DNA of 63,312 nucleotides, filler included, from Platydemus manokwari (Eukaryota): NCBI GenBank assembly GCA_037951405.1. It is 6 parts of 6 records of this genome, joined end to end, with 100 filler letters (N's around TTAATTAATTAA, not from the genome) between each part and the next. Parts side by side here need not be neighbours in the genome. Positions count along the whole stretch, not along the records: positions 44,101 to 53,284 come from JBBMOY011286428.1; positions 53,385 to 63,312 come from JBBMOY011188211.1; 4 more parts are not named here. One strand, 5' to 3'. Shown piece by piece: positions 51,529 to 63,312 of this stretch (position 1 is its first letter; each line of letters starts with the position of its first letter). The notes under the pieces were generated by a model. It saw only the letters and a program-made list of their open reading frames with translations, ran no database searches and was not told where the DNA came from. The position numbers and the translations under genes were made by a program.

Positions 51529-53284
51529 CTTTAATCTAAAAATAGGCTACCTATATAATAAGTCAATTTGGTAGTGTGAATATCAAAAATGATCAAAAGA
51601 ATAAATGTTAAATTGTTTTACGAGATTTAATTTACCTTTAAAATTAATTTTTAAATCTTTACTAAAATTATTTTACTAAAGTTTTATTCCAAATCGAACA
51701 ATAAAAATTAAAAATGTTATTCATAATAATGAATTGTACTTAATTGAGAAGTATTTAATACGCTTATGTTAATGATTGAAGTGAATTAAAACATGATAAA
51801 TACTATGCCCCTATGAAATACTGGGTTTATATCAAGATTTCTAACTTCATAATTGTTAGTGAATTCTTAAATATTCCATGAATTGATCTTGTGGATTAAT
51901 TCGTTTTTTGGAATTGTTTTTGTGTTAGGTTTGATTTCTTTGATTGGAAATAATATTGTCGAATAATAATCTGCAGAAATATTATTTCGTTTTTACTGGA
52001 AATATATTTACAAAATTAGTACTTTTTGTACAAAAATTTCGTAATAAAACGACTATAATATTCAAATATTCAATTATATTTCCTGTTATGGTACATTATT
52101 GAAAAACTAATCTGAATTTTTTCACATTCTTCTTGTTGTAAAAAAAATAATTTAATTATTCCAAAATTTAGACAAAAATAGTTTTTTTAAGTAATTGAGT
52201 TTCAAAATTTTGACTGGCCAATAATAAAACATAAATTAATTTAGAGAAATCTTTCGCAATGTTGGAAATTTTTTGTTCCTTTATAAAATAAATAAAAATA
52301 ATTACACTCTCATCGTGATTATATTTCAACAAAATTTTTCATTCCAATTACTATTAGCAATTTTGTTTTTTATCTATATATTCAATAATATTTAATCTTC
52401 TATCTGGTATTTTTAACTGTTATCGATTTTTCATCTTTATTGGATTTTTATAACAAAGTTTTTTTAAAAATTTCAAATATTTTTTTTGCATATAACACAT
52501 TTAGAAGATTGGAATAATGATGTTTAGTAACAGAACAGATTTAATTGTCAGAGATGAAGGGAAGAAGTATATTATTTGAAACACTGTTGGCATTTTTTCT
52601 TTTTATCTCCCATTTACGTAAACGTCATTTGTTCATTTGCTTAGCTGTTTTTTTAAAGACACAAAATGACTACCTTGAAAATGTTCGGTATGTACATATG
52701 TGGAGATTTATCACTTTTACCTAACGAAAATCACTTCAGATTCATTCCAGAAAACATCTTTTCTTTCTCTTTTTCTACGTGAATTTAAAAAAGGAGATTC
52801 CTAATCGTATATACCAGTGTCAGTAGCACAGTTTTGTTCAAACTTTTCAAATCATTGTGAATTTGATAATGTGCTCGTTGAAATGGTTCTTCTGTATCGG
52901 AAGAAAGTTTTTCCATAATTCTTAATTAATTTTATAATATCTAGTAGATAATTTAGGCTTTACGGTTTCATTATTCTAATATGCCTTTCACGATGAATAA
53001 TTATTTCAAATTCTGAAATTTTGAAATGTCTTTCAATACCTGCGTGATTTCAAATCAGGATTTCATGGCCACACAAAATATGATTTATAAAATCTCTGTT
53101 TATGAATTCTATGAAATCTTTTCACGATTTTGTGTTTGTTAGATTCACAGTTTAAAGAAAACAATAAATTTATTAATTTTCAAATAATAATTCAACTAAA
53201 ACTTATTTTATTCAGATTTATTAGTTTCATTGCTGATTTGCTACTATTAGTAGTGTTGTACATGATATTAAATATTTATAACTT

Positions 53285-53384
53285 NNNNNNNNNNNNNNNN
53301 NNNNNNNNNNNNNNNNNNNNNNNNNNNNTTAATTAATTAANNNNNNNNNNNNNNNNNNNNNNNNNNNNNNNNNNNNNNNNNNNN
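53285..53384. other. Assembly spacer
   Basis: 44N-TTAATTAATTAA-44N. Confidence 0.99.
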
Positions 53385-54133
53385 AATCCTTACTTTTCAA
53401 ATATTCTTCGATTCCCTTTGTAATCATTTCAAAAAGCATTTTCGTCATACCACCCAAATTACGTGGCATTGCATCATCAGTGCTTGACACAGGATTAGCA
53501 CTGGTTGCGTCATTGCTTCTTGCATTTTCGTTAACCTTCGTCATCGTCGTGGGCTTCATTCATTTGTTTAACTAATTGATTGGCCCTTTGGTGTAGTTTT
53601 TCAAATAAATATTATGATGGAATGTGCTTATAACTTAACTATCACATTTCTTGTAAGGAAAATAGAACAATTACAGCAAATATTTAACCCAACTAAAAGA
53701 ACCAATCAATTTCAACTTCGTTATTATGATATAAATATTATTTGGATATCATTACAATGTTTTTCATTCTTACGAATTGTTCAGAAAAATTATGCGATGT
53801 CATGATCATATAAGAATTATAAATTCAATAGTAACAACATATTTCCAGTAATGAGTTTTATTCTGTATTGTATGATCTGAATAAATACAAATTATCGTAT
53901 TTTCAATACAGGGAAATGCAAATCAATACAATCTCTGAATACCAAATACAGAAATATTCCAATCTAATCACGAAATCGTCCCGATTTTAGAAATGAGTAG
54001 AATTTATAATTCAACTATTTAAACAATAGCCGAATCTGTATGACGATCTATTAAAGAATTACGTCCAAATAGTGAGTTGAATTTGATATTTATTTATTTG
54101 TTATCATTGACAAAATAATTGGATCAGAATTTC

Positions 54134-54331
54134 ATGTTCAGAGGAATTTTATTCTTGTTTATTGCCTATCTGATCGTGATGTATGAATCCAAACCAAGTA
54201 AATCCGGAGAAGCAGAAACGGTCACTCAAGAAGAAAAAGAGCAACCGAAAAAACGTTTAATAGGGCTACTGGGAACAATATTGGGTGTTATTGGGCAAAC
54301 TGTGATAGGAATAATCGGTGGTGGACAATAA
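54134..54331 (+). CDS. 65-aa secreted prepropeptide (signal peptide, acidic spacer, KKR, Gly/Ile/Leu-rich 24-mer); candidate antimicrobial/cytolytic peptide precursor
   Basis: MFRGILFLFIAYLIVMYES-KPSKSGEAETVTQEEKEQP-KKR-LIGLLGTILGVIGQTVIGIIGGGQ*. Upstream TATTTAAA (~54016), a 56-nt GTGAGT...CAG 5'UTR intron candidate (54072-54127), and ATTAAA at ~54392. Confidence 0.78.
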   Translation: MFRGILFLFIAYLIVMYESKPSKSGEAETVTQEEKEQPKKRLIGLLGTILGVIGQTVIGIIGGGQ

Positions 54332-55906
54332 GATTCAATAATTTTCTAAAACAGATTGAAATTTTCAATTTCTTGTGATTTCAAAATGATTATTAAATTT
54401 TTTTGAAATTGAATCTTTGTTGTCATATAACCTTATCAACCATAATATAGCTGGATTATATGCTTATTGGTACATAAGGTAATGTGAAGTAAATGTATTT
54501 TTACTAATGAGACTTGATTAATTATTGTTGGTCAACAAACACTTTGTCTCTAGAATGAAAATCAATTATTATTTTATGTTGAGTATGATTAAAGTCCTTG
54601 CATATACACTACTTTAAAATATAGAGATGTTATTTAATTATCATCTTTTACATTACTAATTTCTCTTTGTTGTTTGCAAAAGTAGTTGCTAAGAATATTT
54701 AGATTCTTTTCAGTGTTCCTTATTTTACAGCTTCAATTCTTTTTTGTGAATATACAAGTGAATCATGATATTTTATTGGTAATTTTGGGGTCTACTATTG
54801 AATATTTTTAATTACTCTTGGTGCCTTTGACCATTGTCTGAGTCTTATCAATACTACTGTGTTCTAAAGACCTACTGGTTCGCATTAACCTAGTTGAGAT
54901 TATTCTTTCGCCTCACTCAACACGAGTCCACGTTTGGAGACATTATGAGGGGCTCAAGATAGTATTTAATTAAATTTTAAATTATATAAGAAATTTCAAA
55001 TCCAAAAGTGCCTCAAATCATCTTACTAAAAGATAATGAGATGATTCTGAAGAGTATTATGTATACTGAAATGAGGTAAAACCTTAAGGCATCTTCCGAT
55101 TGCAATTTTAAAAGACTGTGATGTTGGTTATTATTGCTGATTTAACAATATCTTATTACCTTTCTATGGTTTGAGGTTTGTCTTGATTGAAATGTTCTCA
55201 GAAAATATGAAACTAGGTTGATTTTCTGGTATGTATATACTGTGCATATACCATTTTTGAGAAATAAAGAATAGGCAGGAGAATGAATTTAAGTTAGTTT
55301 CTTTGAATTCAAGAAAATGAAATTGTATTCCAATTATGATACTTCGACTAAGCCTCTAAACGCCATCAAGAAGACATGTGCTCATTCGGTATTTCAAAGT
55401 GACTCAATAAAGACCTTCCAGCAGTAGTCTTCGTTCAAAAGACCAAGCCCATTCGTGCTGGAAAAAGATTTTGGTGTAAAGGTATATCATCGAGCACCAG
55501 TTAATCGCATTGAATATTTAAACAGTGTGAGAGCAACAAGATCAATGAAGTCTATTGCCTCTAAATTTTACAACTATTGTAGTGATAGACCCGCACCACG
55601 TGTTGATTAATTGAAACCAAAAGCTTGTTTTTGCTGTGATGAGCTTGGACACCAGAGGTTTGAATGGCCATTGCATAATAAATATATGGTATGCATTCAT
55701 GACGAGAAAGATGAAGCCGATATTCAAACCGAAAGTGAAGCAGGTTATTGTGTAAGCTCACTCTCAATGGAAGACAAAAAACTAGAATCAAACATCTGTG
55801 ACTATCAGGTCAGTGGGGATGAGTCAATAGAACACATCAATTAAAAATATAGTAAAAATAAAGACGGAGAGCAATCAATAATAGTTGCATTAGACAGAAC
55901 ATAAAA

Positions 55907-57150
55907 TTGAGTGCAATGGTACACATATTGAAATGTTGTAGGATCCACACAAAAGGGGAACCTATTACACAGAACTCCAGAAGGCAGCCAATATATTTAG
56001 AAACCAAAATTCAAGAACTGATAGAAAATCTTCTCAAAAGTAATGTAATAACGCCTTCCAAGAGCCCTTGGAACTCTCTTTTTGTTGTGATTCCAAAGAA
56101 AGATGAATCAATGAGGATTTGTTTACACTTCAGAAAATTAAACAAGCAGACTGAGAAGTTTTCTTTTCCTGTGCCTGATATCAAAACTTTATTAGACTCA
56201 GTGTATGGAGCGACAGTTTTCTTCACGATAGATATAGGCCAAGCATTTTGAACTTTAATATCGGAAGGTATTAGATCATGGAAATGAGGATGGACTCCCA
56301 AGAATAGGCGAAGCATTTTGTTCACAATGCTCAATTCAACACCAAGGTTCTGAAGAAGGCCAAAAAGAAAGTATGTTAATGTTGTCGAACATTCAATTGC
56401 AAATAATGACGAAATTAGAAAGATTCAAGAAGAAGATACTGTCGTTGGTTCCATTCAAAAATGGTTAGAGAAAACAGAAACAGGAGTCAATGCAGCGGTC
56501 ATGAAAACCAAATATTTTAACAGTTTAGAGAAATATTGATTGTTTGAAGATATGGTGGTGTATAATGAGAATGGAAAGAAACGAATATTTGTGCCAGAGG
56601 TTAATTCGCAAAAACTTACGAGATACCTTCATGAAGAGTTCTGCCATATTGGTAATGAGAAATTGATCGATTACATTCAAAAAATTTGCTTCTGGCCAAA
56701 TATGTCACGAAGCATCGAACACAATTGTGATATCTGTGCTAAATGGAAGGTATACACTGGACGGATCAAAGAGATTATGATTCCCAGGGAAGAGTTTGGT
56801 CCTCTGGAACAGATCGTTGTTTCTGTTGCGTACTTTGGGGAATTTATGACTAAAATCAGATATTTGTTAGTTATAGTAGATTCAGTAAGTTAGTAAGCTT
56901 AGTGCCACTTATTCGACAAGACGAAACAAGTGTTTCGTAGTCTGTCATCGATAAATGGATCTAAAGATATGGTGCTTCAAAATCAATGCTCGCTGATCGG
57001 GTCGAGTCTTCGAAGGAAGGGAAATAAAAGAATTAATGCAACATATCAAAGTCCTATTCGACATTCGCCTTCTGAAATATTGTTTGGACGAATAATTAAT
57101 ATGCAGAAGTTACGACTAAATGATCAAAACCATCAAGACCATTCATCGTA
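55907..57150 (+). pseudogene. Deleted Ty3/gypsy pol (RT N-terminus, then integrase)
   Basis: PSKSPWNSLFVVIPKKDESMRICLHFRKLN...FTIDIGQAF; integrase HHCC LHEEFCHIG...WPNM...CDICAK; YLLVIVDS; SPSEILFGR. Confidence 0.9.
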
Positions 57151-57199
57151 GAAACTGAAAACCAGCTGAAATCAGTAGCCACAAACCTAAAGAAATTCG

Positions 57200-57728
57200 A
57201 TGCTGAGAATAGAGGTTGTAGAATATTCGCAGTTGGAGAAGTGGCCAGCACAAACGCGAAAAGTGGTTGAGGATCAATTTTTGAAAGGAGTGCATCAACA
57301 TATCAGTACAGCGCTCAGTCACGTCGATTATACCACTTACGGTGAACTCCTCAAAATTATGAAGGATGAAATGAACTCTACATCTTACATTTATGAATAA
57401 AATTTAAAGACCATCACCCACGAAATCCATCGACAATAGTCATCCAAAATCCACGCTATTATTCACAAAACTACGTAAATCGTCGGTCAGCGACTTTCCA
57501 GAGAAGCAGCTAGGGGTGACATGCTTTAAATGCAACTGAATTGGACATTATGTCAATAAATGCAAATTTGCATTTGCCAGCGAGAATCTAACGAAATCTC
57601 GAGGCAGTTCCACTTTTCCAATTCTTAAACGACAAGATTTACCAATTTAAGACAAAAGATCATGCTTTATATGCGGTAAAATTGGTCATCTTGCGAGAGA
57701 CTGTAAAACAGGAATCTTCACAAATTAA
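57200..57728 (+). pseudogene. Gag C-terminal remnant with two CCHC zinc knuckles
   Basis: DQFLKGV; VTCFKCN*IGHYVNKC (~57516-57563); RSCFICGKIGHLARDC (~57657-57704), then a stop codon. Confidence 0.85.
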
Positions 57729-57853
57729 AATACTAAGAAAAATTGAATTAATCAATAATAAAAATCGAATATATTTAATGAAATCAAAAATTGAGAAAAG
57801 TAAAATATTAATTAAATATATCTTTAAACTTTTGGGGCAAAACCATAATTTTT

Positions 57854-59367
57854 ATGATGATGATAATAATATTTGGTGTCGGTACCGAAGTTAGAACCCT
57901 AATTGCACACGATTGCTCTAAAACGGAAATGGGAAAATTTTATTCGTTAATTGATATAACGGAATGCCCAGAAGCATATCCGATGAAAATCTCTAGTGGC
58001 AAAAATGAGCATTATTTTCTATATCAGGAATCAAATTTTATTAGAGTGCAAGTAAAATAATGAGTCTTTAAGAAGAAAACTTTTGTTAACAAATCCAAAC
58101 GCAGTAGCGTCTATGCTGGTTGCCGAAATGGAATATTTGGTCGCGTTTTAGTCGAGGCAATATATAGATGCAAATGCAAGGAAATCTCAGTCCAAATAAT
58201 GAAACACGAGACTTACACAAACGAACTTTCAATCAATGTCGAAGGAAAACTACGTTCCATCAAAATTAGAAATTGAATTAATTGAATGATTAAAAATTTA
58301 TTTCTCGTACACTCATCTTATCTGGATAAACAAAACTCGTAACCCAGGAACTATCCGAAATTGGCTCGCACATCAAAATATTTCTAAAGCGTTCACATTA
58401 GATGAATTCAATGAAAAAGTAATTATCAATGATCTGACATCGAATAGACGATATTCGTGGAAAACCGCATTTTGGATTAATCCTAATTATGATTTCGGAT
58501 GGCCAGTTTCTCTTCTGACAATTCATGTATGGTCTAGAGAAATTAAAAATAAAGTTACAACTGAACCACTTATTGACGGTATTGTATGTCGATGGCATTA
58601 TGAACCAAATACATTAGTGAAACTAGAGACTTTCAGTTATAGAAAATCAATTAATTTTAAAAAATCATTAACTTATACAAAAATCAATAACTTGAGATTA
58701 TGTAAAAAGAATAGGATAAGTATAACGTATTATGAAATGAGAGTGACAGATGACGGTAAGTATGGGAGCATTACAAGAAAATAAAACGATTGTAATACGC
58801 AAACCAAACAACAGAGCACAAATCTCCAAAACATCTACATCAATCTCAGTTCAAGACGAATGTAGTGGTGATGAAAATCTGAAAGTCACTTTGAATTTTA
58901 TGGGAACCCATAAAACCTTTTTATTGCATCCAAAACAATAACATGCGAAATTCAAAAATTTAAATCACGGAGAGGAATAAAAATTAAAAATTGAATAATG
59001 GAAACAATTGCAATCAGAATGGGAACTCAATTCAGTAGAATATACAAACATCCAGTTGCAGAATCAAACAGGGACTTTAATTTGATTAACCATAACATTT
59101 CTAATAATGATTTAAATGTGATCAGTAACCAATCCTAGTCCAAAAGTCGATTACAATCGAACAGATCTCGAAAGCTGAATGAAATTCCGATTAAAGAAAT
59201 ACAGTCTAAGTTTGATCCCGATGCTTGGATCTTATCCTTAGTTATTATATTCTTCGTCGTAGTAATGACTATGATGGTGATATCAGCACTAACTGTCAAA
59301 TCTTCGTTTGACCAGGCTCGCAGGCACTATACCACACAAGTGAGAGGTCAAGCAACTTGGGTATAAG
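57854..59367 (+). pseudogene. Degenerate env-like glycoprotein (chuvirus-like/class III fusion type) with signal peptide and C-terminal TM
   Basis: LIAHDCSKTEMGKFYSLIDITECP...LYQESNFIRVQVK; EAIYRCKCKEISVQIMKHETYTNELSI; LCKKNR; FLLHPK; TM WILSLVIIFFVVVMTMMVISAL. These fit the A.DC...SL....C...L.Q and GE..Y...C..V.V......C..ELPV patterns as recalled for chuvirus-like glycoproteins. Confidence 0.7.
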
Positions 59368-60899
59368 TGAGATACAGCTAACAATTCAGTGTATATAATT
59401 CATGACATAATTATGACTACTCATATATTGTAACAATATCATTGAGTTATTTTATTTTTACTGATAACAACTTTTATTTTTATGATCATTGACGATTATT
59501 GATGTTGTACTGTGAAGACTAATCTTATACTATTTTATTTATTATTGGTTGAATTTTAAGGTGGATACTGGCAGTTGATTAGCGATCACAGACACACACT
59601 CAGCAAACACACAAATTACCTACACACCTACACGTCAACTATATATAATAAAAAAACGATTTGAAAATTAATAAATTCTCACTTATCACAATTTCATACA
59701 ACCAATAAATTCAAACCAAATATCCACACAATGCACGAACCAAATTTGGACCACATATTTGAATAGAAAAGTAGCAGCAATATTGATTAGTTTATTTATG
59801 ATTATCTAACGTGCTCTTTTGATATTGTTATTGGGCACATTCGAAGAATTTCTGCACAACACTTGAAATACGAAAAATTGTTGATTTATATAATTGAGAC
59901 CAGTAACTTTTCCTATGGACAATGGACTGAATGATGAAAATAACTTCGAGCAGGGATTATAAATCCTTGACAATTTGACTGATGTTTCAAATTTTAATTT
60001 ACCGGTTTCATGTTTAGAGCCACATTTACTTTCACAAATTCATCTCAATGAAATAATACAAATTCCTTGTTTCCAACCAACTTGCATAAATATCGGATTA
60101 AAATTAAATAGTTAGAATTTTCTGACAAAAATATTTGAATTTTTGCTCCTTTTGAAAAAGACGTGATTTTATGGAATTTTATTCGTTTTTGAATGTGATG
60201 TTTTCTGTAAAAATATGTTGATTCGGTTAAAATTAACTTAATCATAAATATCAAATAAAAAACCCCGTGTTTATTTGTGGATTGGTCTATGGAAAGTGTG
60301 AGAGAGAATTGTAAAATATTAATATTTAATAATTCAAAAGTCATACAATATAATAGTATTTAAAAAAATACTTATATATACACATATTATATTTGTCCGT
60401 CCTCGGAAAAGCCTACGACTAGGTAATTCATGTATCTTTCTGGGTTTTAATTCTGGTAGACCTCTTTGTATTCTCGCCAGTGTTTGATAATATCTCCATT
60501 TTTGAGTCATCAGTTCTGTTGATGATGAAATGTAAGGAAAGTGAGATTTAGTACATCTTCAATTTCAGATGATACTTTACTAAATGATGAAAATAGTGAT
60601 TTTAACTCGAGGGACAATAAAGATATCATGACAAATTCAGACATATCGGTACCAAATCGAGAAGATTCGGGAACCCTTTTAAAACTACAGCAGTTAGAAA
60701 AGGTAAACGAATCACGTTTTAACGGAAATTTATACAACCACCACCATTTTACCCTTTAACTGAATTAAAAGATTTGCAACCAATTTTAAAGGAAAATTCA
60801 GAAATGAAAGTCGTAAATGAGAAGTAGAGAGAGGAAATCAATTAAAGATTCCTAGCTCACACGTATATATGACACTCGGATATAAAGGCCGAACATCTC

Positions 60900-63110
60900 C
60901 CACACGAATTTAATAACAATCAAGTTGACGCAATTATTGACTTGGGATGAAACATCGCTATAGTATCAAGGAGGACTATTGTAAATATTTGAATGACCGA
61001 TAAAATAATACAACACATTGTAGTTGTAATGGATGACTTCCCATTTTAAAGTCTATCGGAAATGGATATGCTCAAACTACTTGTAAACATTTCATTAGAT
61101 TTTCGGACAGGAAATCTTGTCAAAGCCACATCTGGTAAATTAATGCATAAATCTAATGAAGTATATTTATATAGTAGGTCAATGATATCACTACGTACAC
61201 ACGTCTCGGAGTATTAACTATTATAACTAATATCGAAAATACCAACAAAAAAATATGATGATATAAGAATTGCAGTGAAGTTATAAATGAAAATAAAAAA
61301 TTAAAATTAAACTTGTTAATTAAACGATATGGTGATATAATAGTTAAACATGAAAGCGACGTAGGTAGCACTCACGTGATTGAACATGAAATACAATTAT
61401 TACCAGCTATGGAGACACCCATCAGAATAAGATCGTACCATATACCGTACGCACATTTGGAAGAAGGTAGAAGACAAAAAAACAAATGGTTGAGAATAAC
61501 ATTATAAGACCCAGTGTGGATTCGCAGTTGCGTTGGTGATAAAGAAATATATAGCAACAGATGGTATTTGAAATATCGAAAATTAAACGCTGTCCATTAC
61601 CCCTCGCACAAACTATTTATGATAAAATAAGAAATCCGCGAATATTTTTAACTAATGAATTAAACAAAGGGTATTGGCAATGTGCAATAAAGGAGGAGGA
61701 TAAATCTAAAACAACGTTCATTGACTATAATGGACTATTGCAATTTAATGTATTACCATTTGGTTTAACTGGAGCACCTAAAATTTTTCAGAGAGCTATG
61801 GATTTCATACTCGTAGATGTCGCACATGCAATGGTATATATTGATGACATCATTATTTTTTCTAAAGATTTAGAAGAACATTTAAATGATATTGAAAAAG
61901 TTTTCAAAAGATTAAAATTAGAAAATTTAAAAATCATAGCTTCTAAATGTAAATGGACGAAGTCAAAAGTCACATACATTGGTCATACTGTTTCTAATGA
62001 AGGTTTAAAACCAAACTCAGTACGAGTAAATTTCCAACGCCAATCAATGTTGATAAAGTTAGACCTTTTCTTGGTCTTGCAAATGACTAAATGGAATTCA
62101 TACAAAATTTCTCGCATATTGCTCATCCTATTAACACACTACTTAAAAAATTGCACCATTTCAATGGTTAAGACAGCATCAAGAAGCTTTTGAATTATTA
62201 AAACAAAAATAAACCACCAATCACATATTGTGACACCTAAATATGAAGAAACTTTTTATTTTTAAGGCAGATGCAATATTGAGACAGCAAGATGATAGTG
62301 AAAAGAATCACTTTATTGCATAGGCTCGTACAGCCTTGAAGAAACACGATAAGGTTATTCAACTATTGAAAAAGAAAAATCAGTAATTATTTTTTGAAAT
62401 TATTTAGGAGATTATATTATATTATATACAGATCATAACCCCTTGGAATGGCTTATGAATCATAAAGATATTGTAAATAAACAGATTAGATGGGCCATGA
62501 CGCTCCAACAGTATAATATCGAAATTAGGTGTAGATCTGGAGAATCAAATGCCAACGTAGATACACTATCGAGAATTAAGGAGGATGAAATTGACGATAG
62601 AAAAACCTTTTACTATTTAAATGGCATCGAGAGACGTCTCATACACGAATAAATTCAAGGAGTCTCAAAAAAACGATATTGAAATTAAGCGAATCAAAAC
62701 ATCATTGAATAAACGAGTTTGCAATTTAGACAAAAAACAATTAATACAACCCAGATATACATAAGGATTTATCAAATTATTATCACGATAAAAATATATT
62801 ATTATTAGTACCTGAGAAACAAAAACATATTATACACATGCAGTACCATGACGGTGCATCAGGAAGTCATTTATCCCATAGAAAGATCTTATCCAGTCTA
62901 AAATAAAAATATTATTGAGCTACAATGGAACAGATTGTTAGATTCTGATGTGAATGAGTATAACCAGACGAAATACTGGAGTACGGATTAAAGCACCATT
63001 GATACACATGCCAGTACCTTCTGCACCCATGGAAATGTCAGCCATGTATATAGTTGGACCATTTCCGGAAACTATAAATGGTAATAAATATATTCATAGA
63101 TAGGGATTGA
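60900..63110 (+). pseudogene. Degenerate Ty3/gypsy pol (protease, RT, RNase H, integrase)
   Basis: VDAIIDLG* protease site; IEHEIQL..PIRIRSYHIPY; GYWQ...KTTF..GLLQFNVLPFGLTGAPKIFQR...VYIDDIIIFS; YTDHNPL.W...IRWAMTLQQY..NANVDTLSR; YHDG..GSHL; IVGPFPET.NGNKYI. Confidence 0.93.
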
Positions 63111-63312
63111 CCAATTTAACTGATGCAAAAACCTAAAAAACCCAATAAGAATACATAAAAACAAATATCAAATCAAAATATGGTGCAACATGATACACAT
63201 ATAAAAATCGATGTAAAGATGACAACTGCCAGTTGAAAGCCAAGTTTGATTGAGATTTTGAATATTGTAATTCATGTATTGACTAACACACAGAGAAATA
63301 TATTATTTACCT

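Noticed and set aside
52505-52580. Terminal Prop1 exon (EDWNNDV*)
   Set aside because: Reading phase does not fit the candidate preceding exon.

Overview
Very AT-rich animal genomic DNA. Tiny 42-61 nt introns, abundant (AAT)n and the TE content suggest a flatworm, probably a planarian; this is an inference. The window is six contigs joined by artificial 100-bp spacers (44 N + TTAATTAATTAA + 44 N), so adjacency across spacers is unproven. Host genes: the 3' exons of an EGF-repeat/TSP1/transmembrane protein (-), the last exon of folylpolyglutamate synthase (+), a multi-exon C2H2 zinc-finger gene (-), a PRD-class Q50 homeobox gene of the Prop1/unc-42 family (+), and a small secreted prepropeptide gene (+). 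Most of the rest is TE debris: Ty3/gypsy remnants, Buster-type hAT MITEs, a Merlin fragment, an R2/NeSL-like RT fragment and a TRIM family. The strongest leads are (1) two copies of a ~230-bp repeat ending in a type III hammerhead ribozyme with covarying stems, (2) a signal peptide/acidic spacer/KKR precursor releasing an uncharged Gly-rich 24-mer built like frog skin defence peptides, (3) a gag followed directly by a chuvirus-like/class III fusion glycoprotein with no pol between them, and (4) a ~530-bp TRIM family. All family calls come from reading motifs by eye; no searches were run.
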